NCBI GenBank assembly: GCA_963727625.1
Contig: CAVSHR010000003.1
Span: forward strand, 32,001 to 96,000
Reading direction: 5' to 3'
DNA from: an uncultured delta proteobacterium
GTDB lineage: Bacteria; Desulfobacterota; Binatia; UBA9968
DNA: 64,000 nucleotides
The position numbers and the translations under genes were made by a program. The notes beneath the pieces were generated by a model, which had not been told where the DNA came from, did not search any database, and saw only the letters and a list, made by a program, of their open reading frames with translations. Shown here one piece after another: positions 32,167 through 41,963 of the stretch (position 1 is the stretch's first letter; each line of letters begins with the position of its first letter).

Positions 32167-32529
32167 CTATCTCCTTGGACCGCGGCCAAAGCCGCCCCGT
32201 TGCGGGGGCGCCTCCAGCTTGGGGGAGACGCGCAAGATTCGCGCCGACTTTAACTCAAGGACATCGTCGCCGTAGCGAGATTTGTCCAAATGGTCGCAGC
32301 GCGCTTTAATTTTATAGCGAATTTGGTGGCGGCGCACCGTGTCTGTCTTGGCGGCTTTTAGGTCTTCCAGATTGAGCTCCACATCCCCCTCGTGGCCGCG
32401 GAGCTTTACGTGAATCGTGAATCGTGAACCTTCGCCCTCTTTCGCTGAGTAATCGACTCGCTTATCGACGCTGCGAATAATATCACGGAGCAGGTTCTCT
32501 TCCTCCTGAAATACGCCCTTGCCAAACAT
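32167..32529 (-). CDS. Hypothetical protein, paralog of 59903-60271
   Basis: GGAGG RBS before MFGKG; clear similarity to the second copy in this window. Confidence 0.8.
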   Translation of the reverse strand: MFGKGVFQEEENLLRDIIRSVDKRVDYSAKEGEGSRFTIHVKLRGHEGDVELNLEDLKAAKTDTVRRHQIRYKIKARCDHLDKSRYGDDVLELKSARILRVSPKLEAPPQRGGFGRGPRR

Positions 32530-32675
32530 ACAGCCTCCCATTCCTGAGTTTCACTACAGCACTATGTTCGACGCGCTTGAGGTATTTAAAAAATTTACGA
32601 CAAACAGGCCGGAAGATCAACGTGGAAGACATCGGGACGGCTGACTTTGGGCATTTACGGTTGGCCTCGGTCTCT

Positions 32676-33638
32676 TTAAGAGTGGGCCTCGGTGTTGACG
32701 AACAGCTCGTCCAACGCCATTTTGCGGCCGATCAATCCCTGCTCGTGGGAATACTGCATCAGAGTCTGTAGTGTCTTGGTGTTGACTGCGCCGAGGCCGT
32801 AAACCCATGGGTCGGGACCGAGAACTTCTTCTTGTTCCTCCAGGAAGGACCGGAACCAGGCGAGCGGCACGATGCGCGGGTTCTCCATGCGCTTGTAGGC
32901 GGCCTTTTTCGAGGCCTCGAAAGCCTGCATTAAATTGATCGGCACCCAGGGATATTGATCGACGATCTCCTGCCTGATCGCGGTGGTGTGCATGATCGGG
33001 AATATCCCGGTGCGCTTGTAATAGTCCATCTCGAGATCGCGATAGTTTGGGAACAAGCGCGTCACCCGCTTGTCCTTGTCCAGGATCGGCTGGATCAGCT
33101 CGGGGTGAATTAACGCGTCGAGCTCGCCGTCGAGGAGCATTTTTTCAACGCTCTGAGCCGGGGTGATGCGTTGGATCTTCAAATCGGCCGGGGGCGTCCA
33201 ATCGACCTCTTCTTCGTCCTGTTTGAACCAGTTGACGCTGCGATGGGGCAGGCCGAATTCATGCTCCAGGATACCGCGAATCCAGAGATTGGCGGTGGCT
33301 TGAAAATTGCGCAGCCCCACTTTTTTGCCGATCAAGTCGGCCGGTTTGACGATGTCTTTAGCGGCATTTAGGAATACGAAGCCGTGGCGAAAGCGACGGT
33401 GCAGAAAGACCGGGATCGCGACAAACGGCAGGCCGGTATATTTGGCCATCAAATAATTCGACATGGACAGCTCGGCGACGTCGAACTCGCGGTTCCGTAG
33501 CGTGCGCCAATGCCGGATATCGGAAGTCATATCGGTGAGCACGGTCAGCTCGATACCATCGGCTTGAACCGTGCCTTCTTTTAAAGCGCGAATGCTTTCG
33601 TAATCACCGGTTGCCAAAGTGAGATGGACCTTTTTCAT
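32676..33638 (-). CDS. 4,5-dihydroxyphthalate decarboxylase-like / periplasmic-binding-fold protein
   Basis: LTLATGDY, FDVAELS, PVFLHRRFRH, GIFPIMH, DPWVYG. Confidence 0.8.
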   Translation of the reverse strand: MKKVHLTLATGDYESIRALKEGTVQADGIELTVLTDMTSDIRHWRTLRNREFDVAELSMSNYLMAKYTGLPFVAIPVFLHRRFRHGFVFLNAAKDIVKPADLIGKKVGLRNFQATANLWIRGILEHEFGLPHRSVNWFKQDEEEVDWTPPADLKIQRITPAQSVEKMLLDGELDALIHPELIQPILDKDKRVTRLFPNYRDLEMDYYKRTGIFPIMHTTAIRQEIVDQYPWVPINLMQAFEASKKAAYKRMENPRIVPLAWFRSFLEEQEEVLGPDPWVYGLGAVNTKTLQTLMQYSHEQGLIGRKMALDELFVNTEAHS

Positions 33639-33755
33639 TGCGCCTATCTAGCATGGATGCTCGGTTTTGCCAAATATGCTCATAGTGAATGAATTGACTC
33701 CCCCCAACGTCTCTGTTAGTAGCCTTTGGACATTATTTTTCGAGGAGTAAGAGTC

Positions 33756-34718
33756 ATGAAATTACGGATCTTTTTGTTCGTTGGCGTCGGCCTATTCGGA
33801 TTGGCCGCGCTCGCTTCCGCGCAAGCTCCGGTGCGCATCAATTGGACCGCGGTCACCGGCGCGCAGAGCGGCATGTTTATGGCGCACCAGGAAAAATTAT
33901 TTAAGAAGAACGGCTTGGACGTCGAATTCCTGCATATCCCATCGAGCTCGCGCGGCATTCAGGCGATTCTCGCCGGCGAAATTGCCTTTTCCTTCATGGA
34001 TGGCTCCAATGCGACGCTGGCCAATCTCAAGGGCGCAAACCTGGCCCTGGTCGCCGGCGCCACCAACCGGCAGGTCTTTTCGCTGATGGCCAAACCGGAA
34101 TTCAAAAGAATTGCCGAACTCAAAGGTAAAAAAATCGGCATCACCCGAATCGGCTCATCGACACATACCTCGGCGCTTTACGCCCTTGGATCGGCAGGGT
34201 TGAAGCCGTCGGACTATCAAATCCTGCCGTTGGTCGAGGTGCCGAATATTTTTACTGCGCTGGCAGCAGGCCAGATCGATGCCGGGATCATGTCGCCGCC
34301 GACCAACTCGCGGGCGAAAAAGGCCGGATTCGTCGAGCTGATGAACATCGCTAAAGAGGGTCCGGAATTCGTCTCCGTCGCCGTGGGCACGACCCGAAGC
34401 TACATCAAGGCCCATGAGGACATCGTCCGGCGCGTCGTGCGTTCCTACGCGGAAGGCGTGCAACTCTTCAAATCCAACAAAGCCGCCTCCTTGAGAATGA
34501 TCCAGAACCAGCTCAAAGTAAAAGAGCCGGAGATCCAGGAGGACACCTACAACCAATTTCGTGAATATTTAGAGTATCCGCCTTACGTTAGCCGTAAAGG
34601 CATGCAAGCCGTGCTCGACGGGATTGCGGAGAAAAACCCGGCGGCAAGAAACGTCAAGCCGGAGGATTTTCTCGACATGCGCTTCGTCGCCGAGCTCGAT
34701 AAGAAAGGCGGAAAATAG
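33756..34718 (+). CDS. ABC transporter substrate-binding protein (NMT1/SsuA-like)
   Basis: Signal peptide, FKKNGLDVE, LKGKKIGITRIGS, C-terminal PEDFLDMRFVAEL. Confidence 0.88.
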   Translation: MKLRIFLFVGVGLFGLAALASAQAPVRINWTAVTGAQSGMFMAHQEKLFKKNGLDVEFLHIPSSSRGIQAILAGEIAFSFMDGSNATLANLKGANLALVAGATNRQVFSLMAKPEFKRIAELKGKKIGITRIGSSTHTSALYALGSAGLKPSDYQILPLVEVPNIFTALAAGQIDAGIMSPPTNSRAKKAGFVELMNIAKEGPEFVSVAVGTTRSYIKAHEDIVRRVVRSYAEGVQLFKSNKAASLRMIQNQLKVKEPEIQEDTYNQFREYLEYPPYVSRKGMQAVLDGIAEKNPAARNVKPEDFLDMRFVAELDKKGGK

Positions 34719-34780
34719 GCTGGCACCGCGGAGACTCACGCGGGCGACTGCGGTACCGCGCCTGTCGTCGAATGGCGCCG

Positions 34781-35839
34781 CTAATGCGCCGCGCCGGCCC
34801 GCTTTTTCGTCTCCAACCCCAATCCGACGATGAACGACGGATTGACCGTGCACATGGTATAAAGCTCTTCCGCCGTGCAGCCGAATGCCGCCATATAGCC
34901 GCGCAGCAGACGGAGCGACTCGACCGAATTCGGGAACAGCGGCTCGCCCGCGTCCGACGACAGTGTGCAGTGCTCGGGTCCGACGATGCGAATCGCTTTA
35001 TACATGATTGCCGGGTCGATGCCGAGAAGCGGCGACAATTCGTCGAAAGTGAAGTTGAGCCACAGGCCGGCCGCGCCGGCGTCTTTCATTTCCTCAATGG
35101 TCAAATTGACGAAGGGGCTGAAGGGATGGTCGACGACGCCCTTTTTGAAACCGATCTTTTGGCTGAACTCCGCCATCGCCCTGAACTCCGCTTTGGTCGG
35201 ATGACCAAAAAAGATCGCCGCATTGTGATCACGGGCCATGCGGAAGATCTCTTCGATTTCCGGCAAAAGCCGGTCCTTGTCGTCGAGCAGGTAATGGCCG
35301 TATTTAAGCGAGTCGGACCAGGACAGCGGCTCGGTATGAGCCTTCGGATCGGCATTCTTGTCCCAAGCGCTGGGCTTGCCGCCGACGATGGAGAGCGTGT
35401 TGGCTGAAGTGTTGTTGGGCATCCAAAGACCGACGACGCCGGCTTTGAGCATCTTGGCGGACCACGCCGGCTCGATCTTCGAGAGAAAACCCTGGGTGAC
35501 CGAGCTGCCGGGCCAGACGTGCGCCGGAGTTAAACCCTTCTCTGCGCACCAGGATTCGAGCTTGCTCCGAACACCGCCAACTGTTCCCGCGGGATCCTTC
35601 CGTCCCACGATCGTCTTGTAGAGTATGCCCATCATGCCGCTTTTCGAGGCAAGCTTGGCGACGCCGAGGGCGTCCTGCTGCCCTTCGTGCGCATGGCAGT
35701 GAATATCGATGGCGCCCTCCACGCCGACCACGCGATCGAGCGAGGGGTCAACGGCCTGTTTGTAGCCGCGCCGGGCGGGATAAGAAGTCACCGAGCGAAC
35801 GGAGCTCGGCGTGGAATAGTTTGGCTTTGTCTCGGTCAT
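34781..35839 (-). CDS. Metal-dependent TIM-barrel hydrolase (DUF6282/amidohydrolase-like)
   Basis: AIDIHCH, FFGH, VVDHP, LSSDAG metal ligands. Confidence 0.7.
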   Translation of the reverse strand: MTETKPNYSTPSSVRSVTSYPARRGYKQAVDPSLDRVVGVEGAIDIHCHAHEGQQDALGVAKLASKSGMMGILYKTIVGRKDPAGTVGGVRSKLESWCAEKGLTPAHVWPGSSVTQGFLSKIEPAWSAKMLKAGVVGLWMPNNTSANTLSIVGGKPSAWDKNADPKAHTEPLSWSDSLKYGHYLLDDKDRLLPEIEEIFRMARDHNAAIFFGHPTKAEFRAMAEFSQKIGFKKGVVDHPFSPFVNLTIEEMKDAGAAGLWLNFTFDELSPLLGIDPAIMYKAIRIVGPEHCTLSSDAGEPLFPNSVESLRLLRGYMAAFGCTAEELYTMCTVNPSFIVGLGLETKKRAGAAH

Positions 35840-36179
35840 GATCAATCCTCCCGATTGGCGAATTGACTGGACCATAGCGCGTCTTCGGGCGGCGGGCAAA
35901 TTAATTCACTCCGGTGGCCGAGCCATGCGAGTCCCGTGCAGTTTTCCGGCCGAATTCAGGAGCGCGAGACTGCCGTTCTATAAACTTGCCGGTTCGTTCG
36001 GCTCGACGCGCGCCGCGACGAATCACAAGGTTTGCACCGCAGGCTGAAGCGACTCCGCCGGCTTTCCCCGCGAATCCAAGTTGACAATTTTCACAGCCGG
36101 GTGTTATCAGCAGGATTCCGACGCACGACGACATCGAGAAGCGCGACGATAAGAGCCCTGGTCGGCAGAGGAGGAACTC

Positions 36180-37283
36180 ATGGCACAACAGCTCAAAATC
36201 ATCGATGGCGACGGCCATATTTTCGAGGACGGGGAGGCCATCGCCCGCCACTTTCCCTACAGCGCCGCGGGAGGCCGCCTGAGAAGCGGCGTATTTCCGC
36301 TGAACAGCCATATTCAATATTCGCTCACCCGCACTCCGCCGGGCGCCTTCGCCACTACTCCCGACGGTCGGTTTCAAAATCCCGGACCGGAAGGCTGGAT
36401 GGAGTTCATGGATCAAGCGGGGATCGACCATGCGGTGCTCTTTCCCACCGCCGGCCAGCGCATCGGCCGGATCGTCGACCGAGACTACGCCAGCGGCGCA
36501 GCCAGGGCTTACAATGACTGGTTGGCGGAGACCTATCTTCGGCGCGATTCGCGCTTCAAGGGCGTCGCGATTCTGCCGATGCATGATGCCGAAGCCGCCT
36601 TGGAGGAATTACATCATGCCTATCAAGAGCTGGGCCTGTGCGCCGTCCTGTTCCCGGCGACGGGCGTGCACCTGAACCTCGGCGCCAAGCCCCTCTGGCC
36701 GGTGTACGCCGAAGCGGCTCGGTTGGGCTGTCCGGTGGTCGTTCACGGCGGCGGCCACTGGGACCTGGGTATGGATACGATGAACGTTTCCACCGGCGCC
36801 AACGCCATCGGCCATCCCATGTCTCTGGCGATCGCTCTGGCGGAGATGGTCTTAAACAATCTCTTTGAGCGCTGCGCCGGCCTGCGCGTGGCCTACCTCG
36901 AGGGCGGTCCGCTCTGGTTTCTCATGGCGCTCGAACGTCTGTCGCGATCCTTTGAGGCAGGCACTCCGGTCAATCCTCGCGGCGAACTGCTGCAGTTGCC
37001 GGAGGGACAAACAGTCGCGGACTACATCCGGGGGCTGGTTCAAGCAGGCCGGCTGGTCGTGGGGATCGAAGGAGGGGAGTCCGACCTCGCTTACGCGATC
37101 CAGATCGCCGGTGAGCGCGCGTTTATGTTTTCGTCGGACTTTCCGCACGAGGTGAACCTTCTGACGATTCGTAAGGAAATTCGGGAACTTTGCGAGCGCG
37201 AGGAGATTAGCGAAGCAGCCAAGCAGGCGATCCTTGCCGGCAATGCCGCCCGGTTCTACAACCTGGCCTCGGCATCCAATTAG
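36180..37283 (+). CDS. Amidohydrolase family protein (Amidohydro_2)
   Basis: IIDGDGH, AYNDWLAE, VVVHGG, FSSDFPH, GNAARFY. Confidence 0.9.
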   Translation: MAQQLKIIDGDGHIFEDGEAIARHFPYSAAGGRLRSGVFPLNSHIQYSLTRTPPGAFATTPDGRFQNPGPEGWMEFMDQAGIDHAVLFPTAGQRIGRIVDRDYASGAARAYNDWLAETYLRRDSRFKGVAILPMHDAEAALEELHHAYQELGLCAVLFPATGVHLNLGAKPLWPVYAEAARLGCPVVVHGGGHWDLGMDTMNVSTGANAIGHPMSLAIALAEMVLNNLFERCAGLRVAYLEGGPLWFLMALERLSRSFEAGTPVNPRGELLQLPEGQTVADYIRGLVQAGRLVVGIEGGESDLAYAIQIAGERAFMFSSDFPHEVNLLTIRKEIRELCEREEISEAAKQAILAGNAARFYNLASASN

Positions 37284-37350
37284 ACGCCCGTAAACAAGGA
37301 ATGGCTGGCTCGCGGCATCGATGCTGAAAAAGCTCGGCTAAGGAGAGGAC

Positions 37351-38361
37351 ATGGAAATCGCCAAAATCATAGATTCCGACGGTCACGTTCAAGAGCACGA
37401 CGCCGATATCAGGCCGCACATGGAGGAGCCCTTTCGCCATCGACGAGGCAGCCTGCTGCCGAGCGACGAGTGGGACTCCAGCATGTACGGCACGCTGGGG
37501 ATGAAAGTCCGCGATGTGGCGATGCGGCTGGGCGATATGGACAAAGAGACCATCGACACCGCCGTGCTTTTTCCGACCAGCGCCTTTCATATGAGCCGTC
37601 TTGCGGAAAAGGATTACGCCGCGGCATACTGCCGGGCCTACAACAATTGGATCGCCGCACACTGCAACGAGAGCCCCCGGCTCAAAGGCGCGGCCCTCGT
37701 GCCGTTTCAGAATGTCGCCGCCGCGGCGGCGGAAGCGAACCGCGCGGTCACCAAGCTCGGCCTCGTCGGGGTCGCCATCGCCTCTTTCGGACTGAAAGAG
37801 CACTTGGGAAAGCCGGAATTTTGGCCGATCTACGAGGAACTGCAAAGGCTCAACGTGCCTCTTCTGGTGCACAACTCCCGCCAGGGGCCGGCAGGCGAGA
37901 TCCGCTTCGACACTTTTCTCTTCAAGCACACCATCGGGCGGCCGTTCGAGACGCTGCTCGACTGCGCGTCGCTGATGTACGGCGGCGTGCCGGAAAAGTT
38001 TCCCGACTTGCGCATCGCGTTTCTGGAGTGCGGCGCGGGCTGGGTCCCCTACTGGATGGATCGGATGGACGAGGAGTGGGAGAAACGGCAATCCGAGGCG
38101 CCGTTGCTCAAGGCCAAGCCCAGCGAATACATGACCCGCGGCAACTGGTACTTTGCCGCGGAACCGGAAGAGACCACTCTGCCCTATGTCCTCGATCGCC
38201 TAGGCGAAGATGTCATTCTTTTCGCTTCGGATTACCCCCACTGGGACGGCAACTTTCCCTACATGGTCGCGACGCTGAAAGAGCGCAAAGACATTTCCGA
38301 CAGCGCGAAGAAAAAAATTCTCTGCGAGAACGCCCTGCGGCTCTACGGCTGGAGCCGGTGA
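37351..38361 (+). CDS. Amidohydrolase family protein (Amidohydro_2)
   Basis: IIDSDGH, AYNNW, FLECGAGW, FASDYPHWD, ENALRLY. Confidence 0.9.
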   Translation: MEIAKIIDSDGHVQEHDADIRPHMEEPFRHRRGSLLPSDEWDSSMYGTLGMKVRDVAMRLGDMDKETIDTAVLFPTSAFHMSRLAEKDYAAAYCRAYNNWIAAHCNESPRLKGAALVPFQNVAAAAAEANRAVTKLGLVGVAIASFGLKEHLGKPEFWPIYEELQRLNVPLLVHNSRQGPAGEIRFDTFLFKHTIGRPFETLLDCASLMYGGVPEKFPDLRIAFLECGAGWVPYWMDRMDEEWEKRQSEAPLLKAKPSEYMTRGNWYFAAEPEETTLPYVLDRLGEDVILFASDYPHWDGNFPYMVATLKERKDISDSAKKKILCENALRLYGWSR

Positions 38362-38473
38362 CGATTCGCCCGCTTGCATCGCTGCGGATTTGCGATCGGG
38401 AGTTCTCGAACCGAGTCGAAGCGCCGCTCGTATCGTCACAGCCAGGCGAATTCTCGTTCCTTTGCCGGTCAGC

Positions 38474-39370
38474 TCATATTTTGAATCCGTGCAGCCTTGC
38501 CGGATTGTCGACGAGGATCTTTCGCAGCAGCGCCGCGTCATTGTCGACGTAGCGGTAAAGCAGCTCGACCTCTTCGGCGTCGTTCATCATGGGTTTGCTC
38601 CACTGGGGATGGGGCCAGTCGGTGCCCCAGATGATGTTGTCCGGCGCCGCCTCGATGAACGCCCTGCCGTAGGGGATCGCGTCGTCCCAACCCGAATCCA
38701 TTTTCGAGTCGCGGTTGCCGTTCGACACCATCATCCACCAGTTCTCCTGCTTCAGCATGTCGAGCAGCCAACGGATCACCGGGCGGTCCATGCCGCCGTC
38801 GAAGCCGACATGGCCGAAATGATCGACGACCATCGGCACGTCCTTGAGCGAATGCAGCAAATCGGAATTTTCGAGCAGGTCGTTGCCGTTGACATGCAGG
38901 CGGGCGTGCCAGCCGAGCTCGCGCAGCCGCGCCATCGAGCGCCTGACCTCCGCTTCGCGCTGATCGAGGGTCAGAAAGCGGACGAAGTTGAAGCGCGCGC
39001 CGCGCACGCCGGCCGCGTGCATGCGCTCGAGCTCCTGGTCCGAAACCCGGTCATCGACGATGCCGATGCCGCGGTAGCGGTCGCGATCGTTCAAGCTCTC
39101 CAGAGTGTGGAGCAGCAGCCGGTGATCGCTGCCGTAAATCGCGCTATGGACGATGACGCCGCGATCGAAGCCGAGCGCCTTGTGGGTTTTTTGCGCTGCG
39201 GCGAAGGTCGCGCTTTCGATCGGCGGGTAAGGTGGGTTGGGCCGCGGCGGGAACCTCGCCGGATTTTTGTAAACGTGAAATTGGCAATCGCAGCTTCCCG
39301 CCGGCGGCGCCGGCACCGGTATGCGCGGCTGTTTGTCCCATTCGTAAAATTTCTGCCCGCCCGTCGCCAT
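38474..39370 (-). CDS. Amidohydrolase, 2-pyrone-4,6-dicarboxylate lactonase (LigI)-like
   Basis: CDCQFHVY, GVRGARFN, VVDHFG, WGTDWPHP, LVDNPARL. Confidence 0.85.
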   Translation of the reverse strand: MATGGQKFYEWDKQPRIPVPAPPAGSCDCQFHVYKNPARFPPRPNPPYPPIESATFAAAQKTHKALGFDRGVIVHSAIYGSDHRLLLHTLESLNDRDRYRGIGIVDDRVSDQELERMHAAGVRGARFNFVRFLTLDQREAEVRRSMARLRELGWHARLHVNGNDLLENSDLLHSLKDVPMVVDHFGHVGFDGGMDRPVIRWLLDMLKQENWWMMVSNGNRDSKMDSGWDDAIPYGRAFIEAAPDNIIWGTDWPHPQWSKPMMNDAEEVELLYRYVDNDAALLRKILVDNPARLHGFKI

Positions 39371-39523
39371 CGTCGCTTTCCTACCGATCTATCAGATTGC
39401 TATTTGAATTCGGCGTTGCCTGTTTGAATCGTTGAACCTTGGAACGACTCCACGATTCACTCAAACTGGGCTTTGATGCTGGAACCCCGCTCTTAAGCAC
39501 GACGTGAACGTTTGTCAAGCGGG

Positions 39524-39552
39524 TTGACGGCGCGGGAGGCGGTGCTTACCTT
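39524..39552 (+). promoter_or_regulatory. Putative sigma-70-type promoter of hsp20
   Basis: TTGACG-17 nt-TACCTT, then AAGGAGG RBS; -35 is part of a TGTCAA-N5-TTGACG inverted repeat. Confidence 0.5.
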
Positions 39553-39575
39553 TTAATCATAAGGAGGTACGCATT

Positions 39576-40016
39576 ATGGAACTAGTAAGATGGGAACCGG
39601 TTACCGAATTTGGCAATATTCGTTCCGTGTTCAATGATTTGTTCGAGGACAACATGGGCCGCGCGGCCGCGCAAGCGAGCGTATCGCAAGGGTATCCGGC
39701 GGTGGATGTGTTGGAGAGCAAGGATTCTTATCTGATCCGCGCGGAGCTTCCCGGCATGAAACGGGAAGACATCAAAGTGGAAGTAAAGGACGGAACGCTG
39801 GTTCTCAGCGGGGAAAGAAAATCGGAGAAACCCGCTGAAGGCGTCGAATACCGCCACATAGAACGGGTGGCCGCGAAGTTCTGGCGCTCATTCTCCCTTC
39901 CTGAGACCGTAAAGCAGGACGGCATCGAAGCCACCTACAAAGAGGGTTTGCTCGAGATACGCGTGCCGAAGGCGGAAGAGGCCAAGCCGCGCCAGATCGA
40001 AATCAGCGTGCATTAA
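39576..40016 (+). CDS. Hsp20/alpha-crystallin small heat shock protein
   Basis: PAVDV, AELPGM, LSGERK, FWRSFSLP, ATYKEGLLEIRVPK. Confidence 0.95.
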   Translation: MELVRWEPVTEFGNIRSVFNDLFEDNMGRAAAQASVSQGYPAVDVLESKDSYLIRAELPGMKREDIKVEVKDGTLVLSGERKSEKPAEGVEYRHIERVAAKFWRSFSLPETVKQDGIEATYKEGLLEIRVPKAEEAKPRQIEISVH

Positions 40017-40032
40017 TTGGGTTATTAAACCG

Positions 40033-40073
40033 TAACAAAAAAAGGGAGGCGAGCCGCCTTCCTTTTTTTGTTT
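40033..40073. terminator. Bidirectional intrinsic terminator
   Basis: AACAAAAAAAGGGAGGC-GAGCC-GCCTTCCTTTTTTTGTT. Confidence 0.85.
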
Positions 40074-40122
40074 AGAATTCGTCTCGGGTTATTTTCGCCG
40101 GCATGGTGCGAGCCCATTGATT

Positions 40123-40172
40123 CTTAAACGGCTTAAACAGTTTGAACGCCTGGAACGATTTGTACGATTGAA
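40123..40172. repeat. Degenerate 9-nt tandem repeat (about 5 units)
   Basis: CTTAAACGG CTTAAACAG TTTGAACGC CTGGAACGA TTTGTACGA; a similar short run occurs near 39423-39447. Confidence 0.6.
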
Positions 40173-40177
40173 AGTCG

Positions 40178-40609
40178 TTATCCCCGCACGGCCAGACTCC
40201 AGCAGCGGCGGCACCGGCGCGCGCCGAAAGCTTTGCGGCCTGCGCATCCCGGGCAACGGTAGGCTCGGGGATTTTTCCTGCTCTTCTCGACCGACTTGAG
40301 CGGGCTCAATGTCAGCCGCAGTTCACGCACCTCGATCTCGCTGGCGCGCTCCGGGCAGTCGCGGCGGCGCCTCAGCCAGGGCCAGAAAAAAGGCGCATTG
40401 CCCGGCTTCGTGTTCGTTACGGTCCTGAATTGTCCGAGGCTGCCGCAGCCGAGCTGTTTCTGCATTGCGGCGCACTTCATGATCGCGATGCCGCTCATCT
40501 TCATGGGGCACCAGACCATGCCGCTTGGATAACCCCATTCGTCCAGCGTGACACGCTGGACCGAGCTGCGGCCGTTCGACAACCCTCTTTTTTTGCTTAC
40601 GCCGGACAT
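40178..40609 (-). CDS. Hypothetical Cys/Arg-rich protein (C-terminal CxxC-x10-CxxC)
   Basis: ATG preceded by AGGA; CPGC...CRRC plus four more Cys. Confidence 0.55.
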   Translation of the reverse strand: MSGVSKKRGLSNGRSSVQRVTLDEWGYPSGMVWCPMKMSGIAIMKCAAMQKQLGCGSLGQFRTVTNTKPGNAPFFWPWLRRRRDCPERASEIEVRELRLTLSPLKSVEKSRKNPRAYRCPGCAGRKAFGARRCRRCWSLAVRG

Positions 40610-40818
40610 CGTTCCTGAACTTTCTTGCCCTCAGTATGCGCAAAATCCTTCACATCGCAAGGAAAGAAAAAAGGCGGAAAGCTCGGTGGAGGAGTCGCAC
40701 TAAGGCGGTCTTGCGATACGTTCCAACGAAACCGTTCTTTGCCGCTGGGCTAGGATGGGTTGCGTCAGCGATTCGAGTCTGGACTGTCGAGCGCGCCGCT
40801 GTTAACTGTTGAATATAT

Positions 40819-41319
40819 ATGGATGTCGTTGCTCATGGTCTCTGGGGCGGCGCGCTCTTTTATTCCCAGGGGCGAAAGAAGTTTTTCGCCGGAGCTTTGA
40901 TCGGCATGGCGCCCGATCTGTTATCGTTCGGCGTGTTTCACGTCACCCATCCGGGATGGATCACGATGCGTCTGGCAGGGGAAATTTCCGGGCCGCCGCC
41001 GCTGACGCTGCTTCCGCCGTACGTCTTTCACGCCTACAACGTGACTCATAGTCTCGTCGTCTGGGCCGTCGCGTTTTTACTGCTCTGGCTCGTCATGAGA
41101 AAACCGCCGTGGCTATTGGCTGCTTGGCTTTTGCATATTCTCTGTGACATTCCCACGCACGCAACGAGTTATTTCCCGACGCCGTTCTTCTGGCCGTTTC
41201 CGACCCCGTTCGTCAACGGCATTCCATGGTCCACCCCATGGTTCATGGCGGCCAATTACTCGGCGATATTTGTGGTTTACTGCTGGCTGGTTTTTTATTT
41301 CCGCAGGGTGGCTAGCTGA
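40819..41319 (+). CDS. Membrane-bound metal-dependent hydrolase (YdjM/DUF457-like)
   Basis: MDVVAHG, GMAPDL, THSL, LHILCDIPTH, FWP motifs with TM segments. Confidence 0.8.
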   Translation: MDVVAHGLWGGALFYSQGRKKFFAGALIGMAPDLLSFGVFHVTHPGWITMRLAGEISGPPPLTLLPPYVFHAYNVTHSLVVWAVAFLLLWLVMRKPPWLLAAWLLHILCDIPTHATSYFPTPFFWPFPTPFVNGIPWSTPWFMAANYSAIFVVYCWLVFYFRRVAS

Positions 41320-41734
41320 AGAACAGCGACGCGATGCCGCTAACCGGAGCGTATCCAGGCTGCGAATCCTGATTTTGTCGGGTTGCTTGGATCTGTTCCT
41401 GTCGGGCACTCAAGAAGCGATTGGCAAGATCATGAAGGTGGTTGATCCCCGACTTGGGCATCGATCGATCAACTAAAGATAGTCAAGGTGTCAAGGCTTG
41501 TCCCTCACGGTCGCTCACAAATAATCCCCGCATCTATGATCAAAAAGGTGTGTCATATTTAATTAGCGCTTTGAAGATGAACGCATGACATCGCGTATTG
41601 GTTAAGAGGAATTATATCTGTGGAACCGATCGCCTCAAAATTCCAAAGTCGATTGCCGTTTGGGTTGGGGTCGACGATCCGTGCGCCCGGGCGACCTCGC
41701 ATGGACTCGCTATGAAATTGGACTTATTCCCTTT

Positions 41735-41938
41735 TCTCTTTACTCCCAAAGCACTCGCTCGTGCATCGTAAAAAAGGGGATGCGCTCCGGCGCCATGGCC
41801 ATTATGCTTGTGGCGCTCGAGAATGAATGGGATCCGCAAACGGCTTTGCATAAGGCCAGAGAGCCTGGGTTTGGCTGGAATCAGAATCCGCAACTGAAGA
41901 AATATTTTAAGTCTTACATTGCCCGGCACGATTCTTGA
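41735..41938 (+). pseudogene. Remnant of a protein-tyrosine-phosphatase-like (DUF442-type) gene
   Basis: Frameshifted LVH(R)KK/GMRSGAMA resembles the HCxxGxRS P-loop, followed by ALHKAREPGF; no intact 5' end. Confidence 0.45.
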
Positions 41939-41963
41939 GCTAAAGAAACTGCGTTCCTTCGAC

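Noticed and set aside
40934-40949. parS-like TGTTTCACGTCACCCA
   Set aside because: Only one half matches the palindrome and it lies within a coding region.
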